The notes beneath the pieces are model-generated. The model saw only the letters and a list, made by a program, of their open reading frames with translations, did no database searches and was not told the origin of the DNA. Made by a program: the position numbers and the translations under genes. Below, piece after piece: positions 1-13,329 of a DNA stretch of 46,254 bases; position 1 is the first letter of the stretch; every line of letters starts with the position of its first letter. Origin of the DNA: a bacterium (lineage in GTDB: Bacteria > Fidelibacterota > Marinisomatia > Marinisomatales > UBA1611); the NCBI GenBank assembly GCA_038127595.1, contig JAYPIC010000008.1, positions 1 through 46,254 of the forward strand. Reading direction: 5' to 3'.

Positions 1-512
1 GAAGGTCTTATAATTACTGGAAAATTAATTGTATCAATTAGCTCTTTAGCTTCTTCCCATGAATAAACAAAATTACCAAGAGCAGTATCAATTGAGACTT
101 CATCCATTGCTTCTTTAAATTTTTCTCTATCCTCCGCTTTTTGAATTGAGCTAATTTGAGCTCCAAGTAACTCAACTCCGTATTTTTTAAGAACACCTTT
201 TTCATAAAGTTCAATCGCCTGATTTAATGCAGTTTGGCCTCCAACTGTAGGCAGAATCGCATCAGGTTTTTCTTTTTTTATTATTTCTGTTATATATTCA
301 ATGGATATTGGTTCAATATATGTGCTATCTGCAATATCAGGGTCAGTCATAATTGTTGCCGGGTTAGAATTGACTAAAATAATTCTATAGCCTTCTTCTC
401 TAAGAGCTTTAGCAGCTTGAGTCCCAGAATAATCAAATTCACAAGCTTGCCCAATAATAATTGGCCCAGCCCCAATGATTAAGATAGAATTAATATCTGT
501 TCTTTTAGGCAT
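1..512 (-). CDS. carB: Carbamoyl-phosphate synthase large subunit, N-terminal part (runs off window start)
   Basis: Not in ORF track. Reverse strand from ATG at 512 reads [33 protein letters not shown]..., the canonical CarB N-terminus; overlaps carA stop by 8 nt. Confidence 0.97.
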   Translation of the reverse strand, partial: MPKRTDINSILIIGAGPIIIGQACEFDYSGTQAAKALREEGYRIILVNSNPATIMTDPDIADSTYIEPISIEYITEIIKKEKPDAILPTVGGQTALNQAIELYEKGVLKKYGVELLGAQISSIQKAEDREKFKEAMDEVSIDTALGNFVYSWEEAKELIDTINFPVIIRP

Positions 513-1587
513 CCATTAGCCCGATAAATTTCTCAAATAAATAACGACTATCATGTGGTCCGGGACTTGATTCTGGATGATATTGGACAGAAAATGCAGA
601 ATGTTCTGGACAATCTATGCCAGCATTAGTGTTATCATTTAAATTAATATGTGTTTCAATAACATTTGAGGGTAAACTATTACTATCAACAGCAAAACCA
701 TGATTCTGGCTTGTAATTTCAACTGAGTTAGAATCTATATTTTTTACAGGATGATTTATTCCTCTATGCCCGAATTTTAATTTAAAAGTCTTGGCATTTA
801 ATGAAAGGGCAAGAATTTGATGCCCCAAACAAATACCAAATATTGGTTTTTTCCCTAAAAGCGTTTTTACTGTTCCAATTGCATAACTAACTGCAGCAGG
901 ATCCCCAGGTCCATTGGATAAAAATACACCATCAGGATTTAGATCTAGTATTTTTTCTGCACTTGTATTTGCAGGTAGTACTGTAACACAGCAATCTAAT
1001 TTTTGAAATATGTTTAAAATGTTCTTTTTGACTCCAAAATCAAGCACAGCGACTTTTTTCGCTCCTTTTTTTGAAAATATGTATTCATTTTTTGTTGAGA
1101 CAATCTTCGCAAGGTCCATCCCCTCCATGGAAGGGTAATTATTTAGCTCTTCCTTTAAAACACTTTCGTTGAAATCTTCTGAGCAGACAACACCATTCAT
1201 CGCTCCATGATTTCGCAAATGTATAGTTAATGACCTAGTATCAATATCTTTTATACCAACAATATTTTCACTTCTCAAATATTCTCCAATTGAAGTTTGA
1301 GATCTCCAATTTGATGGTAGAGTCGATTCTTCTTTTATGACAAAACCAGAGGCCTGTATCTTATTGGATTCTACATCTTCATCATTAATTCCATAATTCC
1401 CAATGTGCGGAGCAGTCATGGTAACTATTTGCCTTGCATATGATGGGTCTGTTAAAATTTCCTGGTAGCCGGTCATACCGGTATTAAAACAAACTTCTCC
1501 GAATGTTTTTCCTATTGCCCCAAATGCTTTACCTAAGAACGTAGTCCCATCCTCAAGCATTAGAATAGCAGGTAAATTTTTTGACAT
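505..1587 (-). CDS. carA: Carbamoyl-phosphate synthase small subunit
   Basis: [40 protein letters not shown] motifs. Confidence 0.98.
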   Translation of the reverse strand: MSKNLPAILMLEDGTTFLGKAFGAIGKTFGEVCFNTGMTGYQEILTDPSYARQIVTMTAPHIGNYGINDEDVESNKIQASGFVIKEESTLPSNWRSQTSIGEYLRSENIVGIKDIDTRSLTIHLRNHGAMNGVVCSEDFNESVLKEELNNYPSMEGMDLAKIVSTKNEYIFSKKGAKKVAVLDFGVKKNILNIFQKLDCCVTVLPANTSAEKILDLNPDGVFLSNGPGDPAAVSYAIGTVKTLLGKKPIFGICLGHQILALSLNAKTFKLKFGHRGINHPVKNIDSNSVEITSQNHGFAVDSNSLPSNVIETHINLNDNTNAGIDCPEHSAFSVQYHPESSPGPHDSRYLFEKFIGLMDA

Positions 1588-1613
1588 ATAAACTAAATAT
1601 TTTTATAATAGAT

Positions 1614-1648
1614 AAAAAAAACGGCCATTCAAAATATGAATGACCGTT
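1614..1648 (-). terminator. Intrinsic terminator downstream of LPP20-like gene
   Basis: Minus strand AACGGTCATTCA-tattt-TGAATGGCCGTT stem (one G-U pair) followed by a T run. Confidence 0.8.
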
Positions 1649-1698
1649 CAATTATGAACTCAGAACATTATCAATTTGTAAAAATAAAACTCCTTCAT

Positions 1699-2571
1699 TT
1701 ACTGTAATAAAAGCATAACTCTACAGTTCGATAACACACCAAAACTTTTTTCTGCTTCTCTAACCTTTGCAGCGTCCATACTCGTAATATAGACGTCATC
1801 ATCTAATGAACCTACAGCTTCAACAAATAATGGATTGCTGCCAACACGTTGACTTACATTTCTATCATCCATTGAATAAGCATAACCAACAGGACCTCTG
1901 TTTACCGCTTTAGACCTAGAATAGCTAATTGTTCCATAGACAAGATTACCTTGCATATCAATTACTTCAGGACTCATCGACGGATCTACAGCATGTTCAC
2001 GGGCATCAATTACAATCCCAGAAATTCGTTGGCTCTTAGGCACCGCAGCGCTTGTCATTAAATATGCTGGAGTCATACTATCAGACTTGTACCCATCAAT
2101 ATCAGTAAGAATTTCTGACAAACCTGACATTTTAACTGCCAAAGCAATAGCAACTTTTTCGCCCTCTAGATATTCTATTTCGCCTTGTTGATAAGCACTA
2201 CCAATGAGGCCTTCAAGTCTACTCTCAATAAGAGGCTCCTCTTCCATTAATTCACCAACCAACCTCCCATCGAAATTAACCTGTTTCATTAATTCAATTA
2301 AATTCAAGCGAGCAGTTGTTCTAGCCTCTGCTTTTGCTATTTTTAAATTTTTTTCTACAAGCTTTAAAGAATTATCTACTGGAGTTTTAGCTTCGATTTC
2401 AGCTGTACCTCTACAAACAATGATTCTGTTAGCGTAATCAATAAAACCCTCATCTGTAGTTACTACAAAAGTGTGTTGGCTAGATGTTTGTGAAAATGAT
2501 AATGAGAAAAAAGCTGTAATAAAGAATAAACGGCTTTTCATTAGATTAATTATCATATCTAAAAATAACAT
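1699..2571 (-). CDS. Exported LPP20-family-like protein (likely start 2541)
   Basis: Signal peptide MKSRLFFITAFFSLSFSQ; C-terminal SGIVIDAR..PSMSP..VYG..VGY..RVGSNPL pattern recalled from LPP20-annotated proteins. Confidence 0.6.
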   Translation of the reverse strand: MLFLDMIINLMKSRLFFITAFFSLSFSQTSSQHTFVVTTDEGFIDYANRIIVCRGTAEIEAKTPVDNSLKLVEKNLKIAKAEARTTARLNLIELMKQVNFDGRLVGELMEEEPLIESRLEGLIGSAYQQGEIEYLEGEKVAIALAVKMSGLSEILTDIDGYKSDSMTPAYLMTSAAVPKSQRISGIVIDAREHAVDPSMSPEVIDMQGNLVYGTISYSRSKAVNRGPVGYAYSMDDRNVSQRVGSNPLFVEAVGSLDDDVYITSMDAAKVREAEKSFGVLSNCRVMLLLQ

Positions 2572-2632
2572 TAATTATATCATCCACGCAACTCCCCATA
2601 AAAAGAATTACATTGTAAATTAAGCATATAAC

Positions 2633-3583
2633 GTGAAAATAAATTTATTCATATTAACACTATTCCTTACCATAAATCTTTCTTGCGTTGAAAATATAAT
2701 AACAATTCACATTCTGCCTGATGGGCAAACATTTTTACAGATTGTAAGCACTGGTGACTCAACAGATATAATCGATGATGATTTTGAACATCCTATGTAC
2801 GAAGATCAAAGCTCATCGTACAAAGTAATTAAATCAGATTCAGTTTGGAAAGCTATAACAAAAATAATATTAAAAGATTCGATATTTAATTTGAAACCTG
2901 ACTATGGTTTATCCTATAATTTTAAGATTCAAAAGTCAGCAAGTTCTATATCAAATATTCATAGGTTCAAAATGAACTTCATAGGAAGAGAAATCAAAAC
3001 AGAATATCCTCTTCTTTATAAGGCTATAAAATCAAATAATTTAGATAGTTTAATTTGGCTCCCTGAAGCTCTAACTGTAATTATTGATAAGGCGCTTTCA
3101 GATCTAGAAAATAATCAAAAGTTTAAGCGATATAACATTGATAGACCAAGGTTAGTAAATCATTTTAAAAATTCTTTCTCTAGAATATCGACTTTTGAAA
3201 AACTACAAGATATTCAAAATAATAGGACGTCATACATCCAAAATACATTAAAGCCTTTTAAACTAAATAAAGACTTTTCAGTAGAACTATCAAATTCTAT
3301 GAAGGATCACGAAGATAAACTTAAAGCATCTTTAGGACTGCAAGATGATAATTTTATTATAAAGCTACTTTTGCCTGGCAATCCAATCTCTGGTAATGCT
3401 ATGTCGATGAATGAAGATACACTAATATGGAAATTTGGGTTAGATTCTTTGCTTGGAGCAGGTTTTAATCTTCATGCAGAATCAGTGATAACATCAAAAG
3501 ATAAACTACAGAAAACAACCATTCTAATTATATTTTTTCTACTAATTATTAGCATCATTTTGATCAAGAAACAAAACAAATGA
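2633..3583 (+). CDS. Hypothetical lipoprotein with C-terminal membrane anchor
   Basis: GTG start; lipobox-like NLSC at Cys18; C-terminal hydrophobic helix followed by KKQNK. Confidence 0.6.
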   Translation: MKINLFILTLFLTINLSCVENIITIHILPDGQTFLQIVSTGDSTDIIDDDFEHPMYEDQSSSYKVIKSDSVWKAITKIILKDSIFNLKPDYGLSYNFKIQKSASSISNIHRFKMNFIGREIKTEYPLLYKAIKSNNLDSLIWLPEALTVIIDKALSDLENNQKFKRYNIDRPRLVNHFKNSFSRISTFEKLQDIQNNRTSYIQNTLKPFKLNKDFSVELSNSMKDHEDKLKASLGLQDDNFIIKLLLPGNPISGNAMSMNEDTLIWKFGLDSLLGAGFNLHAESVITSKDKLQKTTILIIFFLLIISIILIKKQNK

Positions 3584-4044
3584 TAAAATGTTATTTTATA
3601 ATTTTTTTTATTTTGATTATCAGCCTTGCTAATTCAAAACCCATTTATAATGAAAAACAACTGCGATCATTGTTATATAACCATAGTAAAATAACTAAGG
3701 AGTTTCCTACTATCCTTGGCATACATTTTTATGACAACAAAGAAGGTAGAGTACTACAACTTGAATTTGAAACCGATTCCATAAATACTGAAACAATGAT
3801 GCTTGCAATGAATTCCCTTGCAAAAGTTGGACAGTTTTCTAAAACTCCTCTCATTAATTTTATAGTAATTAATCATTATAATGGCTCAGATATACCAATT
3901 AGTTATAAAAGCAGTACAGATTGTGCAATTAATTACTTTGTTAAAAATAAAATTACCAAAAGGAATTGGATGAAGGACTGTTTAAGTAATAGTATTACTC
4001 AATTAGAAGCACAAAATTGGTTAGAGATCAATTTTGGAGAATAG
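3580..4044 (+). CDS. Hypothetical exported protein
   Basis: 154-aa ORF with signal peptide; ATGA overlap with upstream gene. Confidence 0.65.
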   Translation: MIKCYFIIFFILIISLANSKPIYNEKQLRSLLYNHSKITKEFPTILGIHFYDNKEGRVLQLEFETDSINTETMMLAMNSLAKVGQFSKTPLINFIVINHYNGSDIPISYKSSTDCAINYFVKNKITKRNWMKDCLSNSITQLEAQNWLEINFGE

Positions 4045-4046
4045 CA

Positions 4047-4558
4047 GTGAACACATTTATTGAATCCTTGAAAAAATATAGTATCTTAAATTTTCCTGTA
4101 AATGAAATTTCAACATTTATAATGGAAAGCGATATCCAAAAATACAATTTGGCAAAATACGAACATTTTAGTAAAAAAATGTACACTCGCAATAGAATTT
4201 ATAAAGATGAACACTTTGAAATTCTGTTACTGTGCTGGCTTCCAAACCAGATGGCACCTATCCATGGGCATGAGGGTGAAAAATGCTGGTTCAAAGTGCT
4301 TAATGGGTCTCTTGAAATATGTAATTATTCATTACAATCAACTAACCCTCTAAGCTTAATACTTAATGAAAAAATTGATGCGCCAATTGGTTATGTTGAC
4401 GGACCTGCAGATATTCATTCTATAAAGAACTGTAGTCAAGATCCTGTATCAACACTACATATATACACTAAGCCTTATGATACTTGCGCTGTTTACGATT
4501 TAAAAAAGAAACGTATAGATAGATTAAAAATGCTTTACCATAGTATTGATGGAAAGCT

Positions 4559-4565
<7 letters not shown>
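4047..4565 (+). CDS. Cysteine dioxygenase family (cupin) protein
   Basis: YTRN, PIHGH, IHSI, LHIY motifs; GTG at 4047 follows GGAGA and is preferred to the ORF-track start 4017. Confidence 0.85.
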
Positions 4566-7005
<2,440 letters not shown>

Positions 7006-7047
7006 TAAAAATAAACATCATTGTTTATTTATAACTTAATTTTAAAT

Positions 7048-7365
7048 ATGAATATGATGAAAATTGAAGAAGTTGTGGGAGATGTCATCTTAGTTATACT
7101 AGAAAATTATGACCCCCTAAAAAAAATTGGAATTAAAGGTGATAAAATTTTTGTAAGGGTCAAAGGCTACGATGAACATGGAATGTGGATACACCAACCT
7201 CAATTTAACATTCCTAAAATAAACTCTACGAAAAAAAATGATACACAAAAGGTAGAAGCTTCAATATTAATTCCATGGGGGTTCATTGTTTCAGTTGCTC
7301 ATTTCCCTGGCGCAGAGGGTTTTGATTTTCCCAGCCCATTTGAATCCCATATTGGGTTCGAATAA
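7048..7365 (+). CDS. Small hypothetical protein (start uncertain: 7048/7054/7057)
   Basis: ORF fills the ligA-ABC gap; beta-rich pattern; ends HIGFE. Confidence 0.65.
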   Translation: MNMMKIEEVVGDVILVILENYDPLKKIGIKGDKIFVRVKGYDEHGMWIHQPQFNIPKINSTKKNDTQKVEASILIPWGFIVSVAHFPGAEGFDFPSPFESHIGFE

Positions 7366-7371
7366 CTTTTT

Positions 7372-8298
7372 ATGCCAGAATTAGCTATTCAAATAAAAGA
7401 TTTAAAAAAATCTTATCAAGATGTCTTTGCTCTAAAAGGCGTGAATGTAGACATTCCTAAAGGTGAATTTTTCGGACTACTAGGCCCTAATGGTGCAGGC
7501 AAAACGACAACAATAAATATTCTTACGGGCTTAGTTTTTAAAGACAGCGGTAACTGTTTAGTTTTTGGTAAAGACACAGTTAATGATTATCGATTTACTA
7601 GGTCTAAGATAGGGATTGCAGCTCAAGAACTATCAGTTGATTGGTTTTTTAGCATTGAGAACTTGTTATTTTTCCAAGCAGGTTATTATGGAATAAATCG
7701 TATCGATGCAAAACAAAAAATTGATAGCCTACTAAAAAGACTAGGTTTAGATAAAAAGAAAAATTCGAAGCTTAGACAACTCTCAGGAGGAATGAAGAGA
7801 CGTTTCCAAATTGCAAAAGCTCTAGTGCATGATCCAGATATTTTAATCCTTGATGAACCGACAGCTGGAGTAGATGTGGAACTAAGACATGAATTATGGA
7901 ACTATTTAAGAGAACTTCATAACAATGGCAAAACAATTCTACTCACTACTCATTATATTGAGGAAGCAGAGTTACTTTGTGATAACGTATCAATAATTGA
8001 CGAAGGTAGAATTCTAAAACAAGGTTCGCCAAAAAGCTTAACAGAAGATTTAGGGCAATCAGGTATTACGGTTCAATTAACGCAAGAATCTATTGATAAA
8101 AAGCTACCAATACTTGATCTAGACTATTCGATTGAAGATTCGCGAATACATTTTTCAGTAAAAAATCCAGAACAAGTTATCCCAAAAATCATTCAAGAAT
8201 TGACTTCAAAAAACATTGCAATCCATAGTATCAAAACAGAAACATCATCGTTAGAAGATGTATTTTTAAGTTTAACGGGTAAAAGCATAAATGAATAG
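7372..8298 (+). CDS. ABC-2 type transporter ATP-binding protein (YadG-like)
   Basis: GPNGAGKTT, LSGGM, ILDEPT, TTH. Confidence 0.95.
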   Translation: MPELAIQIKDLKKSYQDVFALKGVNVDIPKGEFFGLLGPNGAGKTTTINILTGLVFKDSGNCLVFGKDTVNDYRFTRSKIGIAAQELSVDWFFSIENLLFFQAGYYGINRIDAKQKIDSLLKRLGLDKKKNSKLRQLSGGMKRRFQIAKALVHDPDILILDEPTAGVDVELRHELWNYLRELHNNGKTILLTTHYIEEAELLCDNVSIIDEGRILKQGSPKSLTEDLGQSGITVQLTQESIDKKLPILDLDYSIEDSRIHFSVKNPEQVIPKIIQELTSKNIAIHSIKTETSSLEDVFLSLTGKSINE

Positions 8299-8312
8299 AA
8301 TGATAAAAGACT

Positions 8313-9077
8313 ATGGTTAATTGGATAGGTTTATATACTTTAACGAGCAGGGAAGTTGGTAGATTTTTTTCTGTTTATCGGCAAACTGTAATCCCAGGTC
8401 TTATATCTTCTGTTTTATATATTTTAATATTTGGATTTACTTTGGAACAACGCATCTCAGAAATCCAAGGAGTGTCGTACACTATGTTTATCTTGCCTGG
8501 TCTGATAATGATGAACACTTTGACAAACGCGTCTTCCAATACTTCATCATCAATGCTACAAATGAAACTTTTACAACAGTTACCAGACCTTTTAACTGCG
8601 CCTTTATCAGGAATTGAGATTGCATTAGCGTATATAATTGGCGGAACTGTGAGAGGTATGGTTAATGGAATTTTAGTATTATTAGTTGGCGTTCTTTTAA
8701 TTGATCTTCCAGTTCATGATATCGGAGGGACTTTATTATTTTTGTTTTTAGTGTCTTGGGCATTTTCATCTATGGGATTAGTAATGGGACAAATTGCTGA
8801 AAGCTGGGATCAGCTTGCGATGATTCAAAATTTTTTTCTAACTCCTTTAAGCTTTTTAGGTGGCGTTTTCTATTCCATTAAAATGCTCCCTGACTGGGCG
8901 CAGAGCCTTAGCTATTTCAATCCCATCTATTATATGATTAATGGTATTAGATATACAATATTAGAAAAAAGTGACTCTTCTGTAATGACTAGTCTCTGGA
9001 TGGCTGTATTATTAACAATCCTATTTACTAGTTTAGCAGTAATACTTATGAAGTCTGGTAAAAGAATAAAACAATAA
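8313..9077 (+). CDS. ABC-2 type permease (YadH-like)
   Basis: About six TM segments; FILPGLIMM, FLGGVFY, NPIYY motifs. Confidence 0.93.
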   Translation: MVNWIGLYTLTSREVGRFFSVYRQTVIPGLISSVLYILIFGFTLEQRISEIQGVSYTMFILPGLIMMNTLTNASSNTSSSMLQMKLLQQLPDLLTAPLSGIEIALAYIIGGTVRGMVNGILVLLVGVLLIDLPVHDIGGTLLFLFLVSWAFSSMGLVMGQIAESWDQLAMIQNFFLTPLSFLGGVFYSIKMLPDWAQSLSYFNPIYYMINGIRYTILEKSDSSVMTSLWMAVLLTILFTSLAVILMKSGKRIKQ

Positions 9078-9137
9078 CTAATTAAATAGCTATTTTCTAG
9101 CTGTAAATATTTAATCTTCCCAAAACATAATTTTCAA

Positions 9138-12050
9138 TTAGAATGGATTTACCAAAGCTAATCTGTAATAAGGCTCAATATCATTAAAACTTTTACCATT
9201 GGACCATTCATCCGTTGTCTGTGCTAATCCGGCACTATAAACCAATAGAGGGAAATTGCCAAGCATTAATGAAATTCTGCTTTCTACTCCTGCTGTGACT
9301 ATCCAATCATCGTAATCAGAACCCCATACTTTCCCATAATCAGATATTACAGAAAATGATATCTTACCAGCTTTAATAATTTTAAAAACTTCTAAAACAT
9401 TTAAGTTAATTAGAGGACTTCTTAGTTCTGCAGTCCCCATAAACGCGCTAGTTCCCAATACAGCTCCACTATACCCCCTTGGACTCATATGCTCTTTACC
9501 GATGATAAGTTGCCCTGCATAATAATTAGTTGGGATATCTATAATACCAGCTGTTTCTTGCTCAGGAGGATCACCTGATATATTTTCATATCTAGCTCTG
9601 GAAAAAATAGTGAATGGACCAAATTTTTTATTAAAATAAGAATCAACTTCATAATGATTATACGTGAAATCACCCCAAATATTTTTATCTACAAAATTTG
9701 CAGTTAATTTTAGTCCATAACCGTTTCTAGGCATAAATATATTATACAATTCTGGCCTCTTGTTTATAAATGTGTAAGTCAAAGAAAAAGCGCCCTCATC
9801 TCCACTTTCTGGACTGTTTTGATTAAAAACATCTAAACTATCTGGTTCATAAACAACTTCTCGATCAAAGAATGTTAATGAATATCTTAAATTGTGATTT
9901 GAAGATAAATATCTTCCAAAATTATAGTTTCGATATCCGAACAATTCTAATCCATTATAAAATTCAATTAAATAATCTTTTTCTCTATTAAATATTCTTT
10001 CTTGGAAAGATACATCTTTGTAAAAACTAAACCCCCAAAAACCGCCAAAAGGTTTTCCTGTTGCATTTAAATATCCAAATCCGCCTGCTATATTTTCCCA
10101 ATCGCTTATAACAAACGATTGAAAAATTTCTCTGCCTGTAGCATCTGAATATGCACCATTATATACTAAGCCAGTATTATCAGGAATGAAAATTGTAGCG
10201 AAATGTTTTATATTTGAAAAAGATGAATATTTTTCAGATTCTAAGCTATCAATTAAATCTGGAATTGAGTCTAAGTCTGGAATGGAAATATCTGGGACCT
10301 TACTCTTCCAACTTGAAAACCTTGGATTCATATTAGTCTTACCAGTTTTTGCTAACCTATTTGGGAAAATATCAACTACTCTAGAGGAATCAACATCTCC
10401 CAAAGTCATTCCAGTAATTGCAGAATAATCATATTTCCAACCCACTGTTGATATGGCTCCGCTCACATTGGTGTTTTGTATAACTTGAGATGTTTTTATA
10501 TCTACAGTATAAAAATTAGGCGTCATATTTGAGTGTGAAGTATAAGTGATTTTGTTTCCACTTGGATGCCATACTGGTAAATAATCAACCGCTTTATCAT
10601 CTGTAATACGTACAGGTTCTTTCCTTTCTAAATCAAAAATAACAATATCCATATTACCATCATCTTTGGAAACTGCATAAGCGATACTAGAACCATCAGG
10701 GCTCCATGATGGAGTAACTATTTGAACGTCACCTGAATAATTAGTTATTCTATCGACCTTATTTAAATTTGAAATAGATGTAACAAATAAATTAGATGAA
10801 CTATTTTTGTGTGCTACAAATGCAATTTTTTCACTGCTTGGTGACCAACAAGCATTACTTGCTCTTTTAGAAAATGTTACTCTTTCTTTTTTATCCAAAT
10901 CAATATCGTAGTAAAAAACATCCCAGGTGAGAGATTGATTTTTACCATATCCATATTTCGAATATAATATTTTTGACCCGTCAGGGGCTGATTTTACATA
11001 ATTTGAGATTCTTCCATAATCAAGTTCTTTTAAATCCCAAATGGGTTTTGAGTTCTTCTTTGTTAATTTTTTCCCTTTCTCTTTGAGCTTTTTTCTTCGC
11101 TCATTTTCTTTACTAGTATCCCTCACTGCTAAAACTAAGGATAAATCTCTTTGATTTTTGTTTAATCTGCCCACCATTATAATTTTTGTAGAGTCACCCT
11201 TAAACCAATCAAACCCATATACATATTTCATTGGAAGAGCATATGTGTTTCCAACATCTTCATATGTTTCTTTTTGTGCTCTCATTCCAAAATAATACGT
11301 GCTCATTTGCCTTCTCCAATCTTCTTCAAACTGCTTAATAGTAGTCCCTGTAAATGTTTCAAAAGCTTGATTGAAATTGAAAAGTCTTAAACTGTCTCTA
11401 TGGTTTAGTATTTGAACTAGTTTTTCATCTCCATATTTATCTGCAAAATATAGAATTTTAGAGAAACCATCATTATGAGGATCCCTGATCTTATGTAAAG
11501 AGTTTTTTATTGTATGATATTTATGAGATATATCAAACCTCAATGGCCTCCACTTTTCTGTATAATATTCTGCTAGTCCCTCAACTACCCAGCTTGGAGT
11601 TTGGCCATAGAGCTGGTCCATTGGCGCAGGAAGCCAAGACTTAATAACATTAAAATAAACTAAATGTTGAAGTTCATGTGCAACAACCGTTCTCAACCAC
11701 TTTTCGTCTTCAGTCCAAACTGCAACATCATTTTGATCAACCCATATAACAGTATAATTTGCAGGAACTGCGAACCCGTTCATCACTTCATCTTCTGCAG
11801 TGAAAACAATATCTAACCTTTTTAATTCTTTTAAGCCAACTTGCTCCATCAATATAGGCCTCACCTTTTCAGCAATGTTTGCACCTTTTAATGCAATTTC
11901 GTAAATATCCTCATGATAATGAATATTAAAGTTCTCTGTTTTTATTGTCCTCCAGTCCAATTCTGGATGAGTACGATTACTCATCATCCAAGCACCCTGC
12001 GAATGAGCGTAGTGTAAAAATGTAATAAATATTAATATCAAAGTTTTCAT
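9138..12050 (-). CDS. Large exported protein: zincin-like N-domain, PD40/TolB-like propeller, probable C-terminal beta-barrel
   Basis: AHELQH and WVVEGLAEY; WSPSSEKIAF, WSPDGSSIAY, WHPSGNKITY repeats; aromatic-rich C-terminus ending in Phe. Confidence 0.75.
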   Translation of the reverse strand: MKTLILIFITFLHYAHSQGAWMMSNRTHPELDWRTIKTENFNIHYHEDIYEIALKGANIAEKVRPILMEQVGLKELKRLDIVFTAEDEVMNGFAVPANYTVIWVDQNDVAVWTEDEKWLRTVVAHELQHLVYFNVIKSWLPAPMDQLYGQTPSWVVEGLAEYYTEKWRPLRFDISHKYHTIKNSLHKIRDPHNDGFSKILYFADKYGDEKLVQILNHRDSLRLFNFNQAFETFTGTTIKQFEEDWRRQMSTYYFGMRAQKETYEDVGNTYALPMKYVYGFDWFKGDSTKIIMVGRLNKNQRDLSLVLAVRDTSKENERRKKLKEKGKKLTKKNSKPIWDLKELDYGRISNYVKSAPDGSKILYSKYGYGKNQSLTWDVFYYDIDLDKKERVTFSKRASNACWSPSSEKIAFVAHKNSSSNLFVTSISNLNKVDRITNYSGDVQIVTPSWSPDGSSIAYAVSKDDGNMDIVIFDLERKEPVRITDDKAVDYLPVWHPSGNKITYTSHSNMTPNFYTVDIKTSQVIQNTNVSGAISTVGWKYDYSAITGMTLGDVDSSRVVDIFPNRLAKTGKTNMNPRFSSWKSKVPDISIPDLDSIPDLIDSLESEKYSSFSNIKHFATIFIPDNTGLVYNGAYSDATGREIFQSFVISDWENIAGGFGYLNATGKPFGGFWGFSFYKDVSFQERIFNREKDYLIEFYNGLELFGYRNYNFGRYLSSNHNLRYSLTFFDREVVYEPDSLDVFNQNSPESGDEGAFSLTYTFINKRPELYNIFMPRNGYGLKLTANFVDKNIWGDFTYNHYEVDSYFNKKFGPFTIFSRARYENISGDPPEQETAGIIDIPTNYYAGQLIIGKEHMSPRGYSGAVLGTSAFMGTAELRSPLINLNVLEVFKIIKAGKISFSVISDYGKVWGSDYDDWIVTAGVESRISLMLGNFPLLVYSAGLAQTTDEWSNGKSFNDIEPYYRLALVNPF

Positions 12051-12673
12051 TTAATTAATCCTAATAATTTTAAATCATTTTGAAGGTTCTGCATCTCTGT
12101 AAAATGCAACCCATGTAAACCAACTTTTTTTGCCCCTTTTATATTTTCTTTTAAATCATCAATAAAAACACATTCATTCGGAAGTACACTAGCTTTTTCA
12201 CAAGACTTTTGGTATATGAGCTCATCAGGCTTTCTCAAACCAACATCAAATGAATATATGGCACCGTCAACTAAGTGAGGAAACACATATTTATTATCTA
12301 ATTCATCTTTAATATGTTTAGGGTTTGTATTTGAAAGAAGCCATATTTTATAATATTTTTTCAAGTCAATCATAAGGTCGATGACTTCTGATTCCTTTCC
12401 GAGCAGAAGTGCCCATGCTTGCCAAAACTTTTCTTCGGTTAATAAATGGTTGTTAGACAATGCAGACCTAAATGAACGATACCAATCAAAATCACTAATA
12501 AGGCCCATCTCATATTTTTCATGATCGTTTTCAGGGAAAGAAGATTTTATATTCTCAAAGGATATGCCCGTAAGATCTGATAAGTAATTTATTGTCCTAT
12601 CTGGATGAATATGTAATAAAACACCTCCGATATCAAAAAATATAACTTTTATGTTTTCGTTTTTGATTACCAT
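12047..12673 (-). CDS. HAD-family phosphatase (YihX-like)
   Basis: FDIGGVL, LSNTN, RKPD, FIDD motifs; ATG at 12673 preferred to 12700. Confidence 0.9.
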   Translation of the reverse strand: MVIKNENIKVIFFDIGGVLLHIHPDRTINYLSDLTGISFENIKSSFPENDHEKYEMGLISDFDWYRSFRSALSNNHLLTEEKFWQAWALLLGKESEVIDLMIDLKKYYKIWLLSNTNPKHIKDELDNKYVFPHLVDGAIYSFDVGLRKPDELIYQKSCEKASVLPNECVFIDDLKENIKGAKKVGLHGLHFTEMQNLQNDLKLLGLIK

Positions 12674-13305
12674 TCGAAAGGGCCCTCTACTGCGAACCAA
12701 AGATACAAAGACATAATAGTCCTATATGGTTTCCAATTTTCAGATTTTTCATTCATCATATCAATTGAAGGTAATTCATCTAGATCATAATATATCTGAA
12801 ACCCTTTTTGAACCCCTAAATCTGTAACAGGGAAAATATCTGGCCTCCTTAAAGTGAAAATTAAAAACATTTCCGCTGTCCATCTACCCACCCCTTTTAT
12901 TTTTACTAATTGATCTATGATTTCTTTATCACTTAGTTTATGTAATTCTGTTTCATCGACAAGACCTTCATCAAATGCATTTGCTATGTTTTTTATATAC
13001 CCAGATTTTTGCCTTGATATACCAACCTTCTGAATCTTTTCAATATCGATTTTAATAACATCAATTGGTGACATCTTAGAGCCTTTATTAAAAAGCTTTA
13101 GATATCTATCAGATATTTTTTTTGCAGCTTTACCGCTGATCTGCTGATAAATAACAGAACGAGTAAGAGACCAAAAGTAATCTTTCTCTATTGGCAAAAC
13201 AGGAACATCAAATTGCTTCAAAAATTTTGATAAGTTCTTATCTAATGATGATAAATAGTTTATACCATCTTCCATTACCTGTTTTTCAAGGACAGTAAAA
13301 GACAT
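12667..13305 (-). CDS. alkA: DNA-3-methyladenine glycosylase II family
   Basis: YQQIS, KGVGRWTAEM HhH motif, PVTDLG, WKPYR. Confidence 0.92.
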   Translation of the reverse strand: MSFTVLEKQVMEDGINYLSSLDKNLSKFLKQFDVPVLPIEKDYFWSLTRSVIYQQISGKAAKKISDRYLKLFNKGSKMSPIDVIKIDIEKIQKVGISRQKSGYIKNIANAFDEGLVDETELHKLSDKEIIDQLVKIKGVGRWTAEMFLIFTLRRPDIFPVTDLGVQKGFQIYYDLDELPSIDMMNEKSENWKPYRTIMSLYLWFAVEGPFEW

Positions 13306-13329
13306 TTATATTTTTTATATCTCTGAGCT

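Noticed and set aside
9085..9096. AAATAGCTATTT palindrome between convergent genes
   Set aside because: Short, AT-rich and loopless; not a credible terminator
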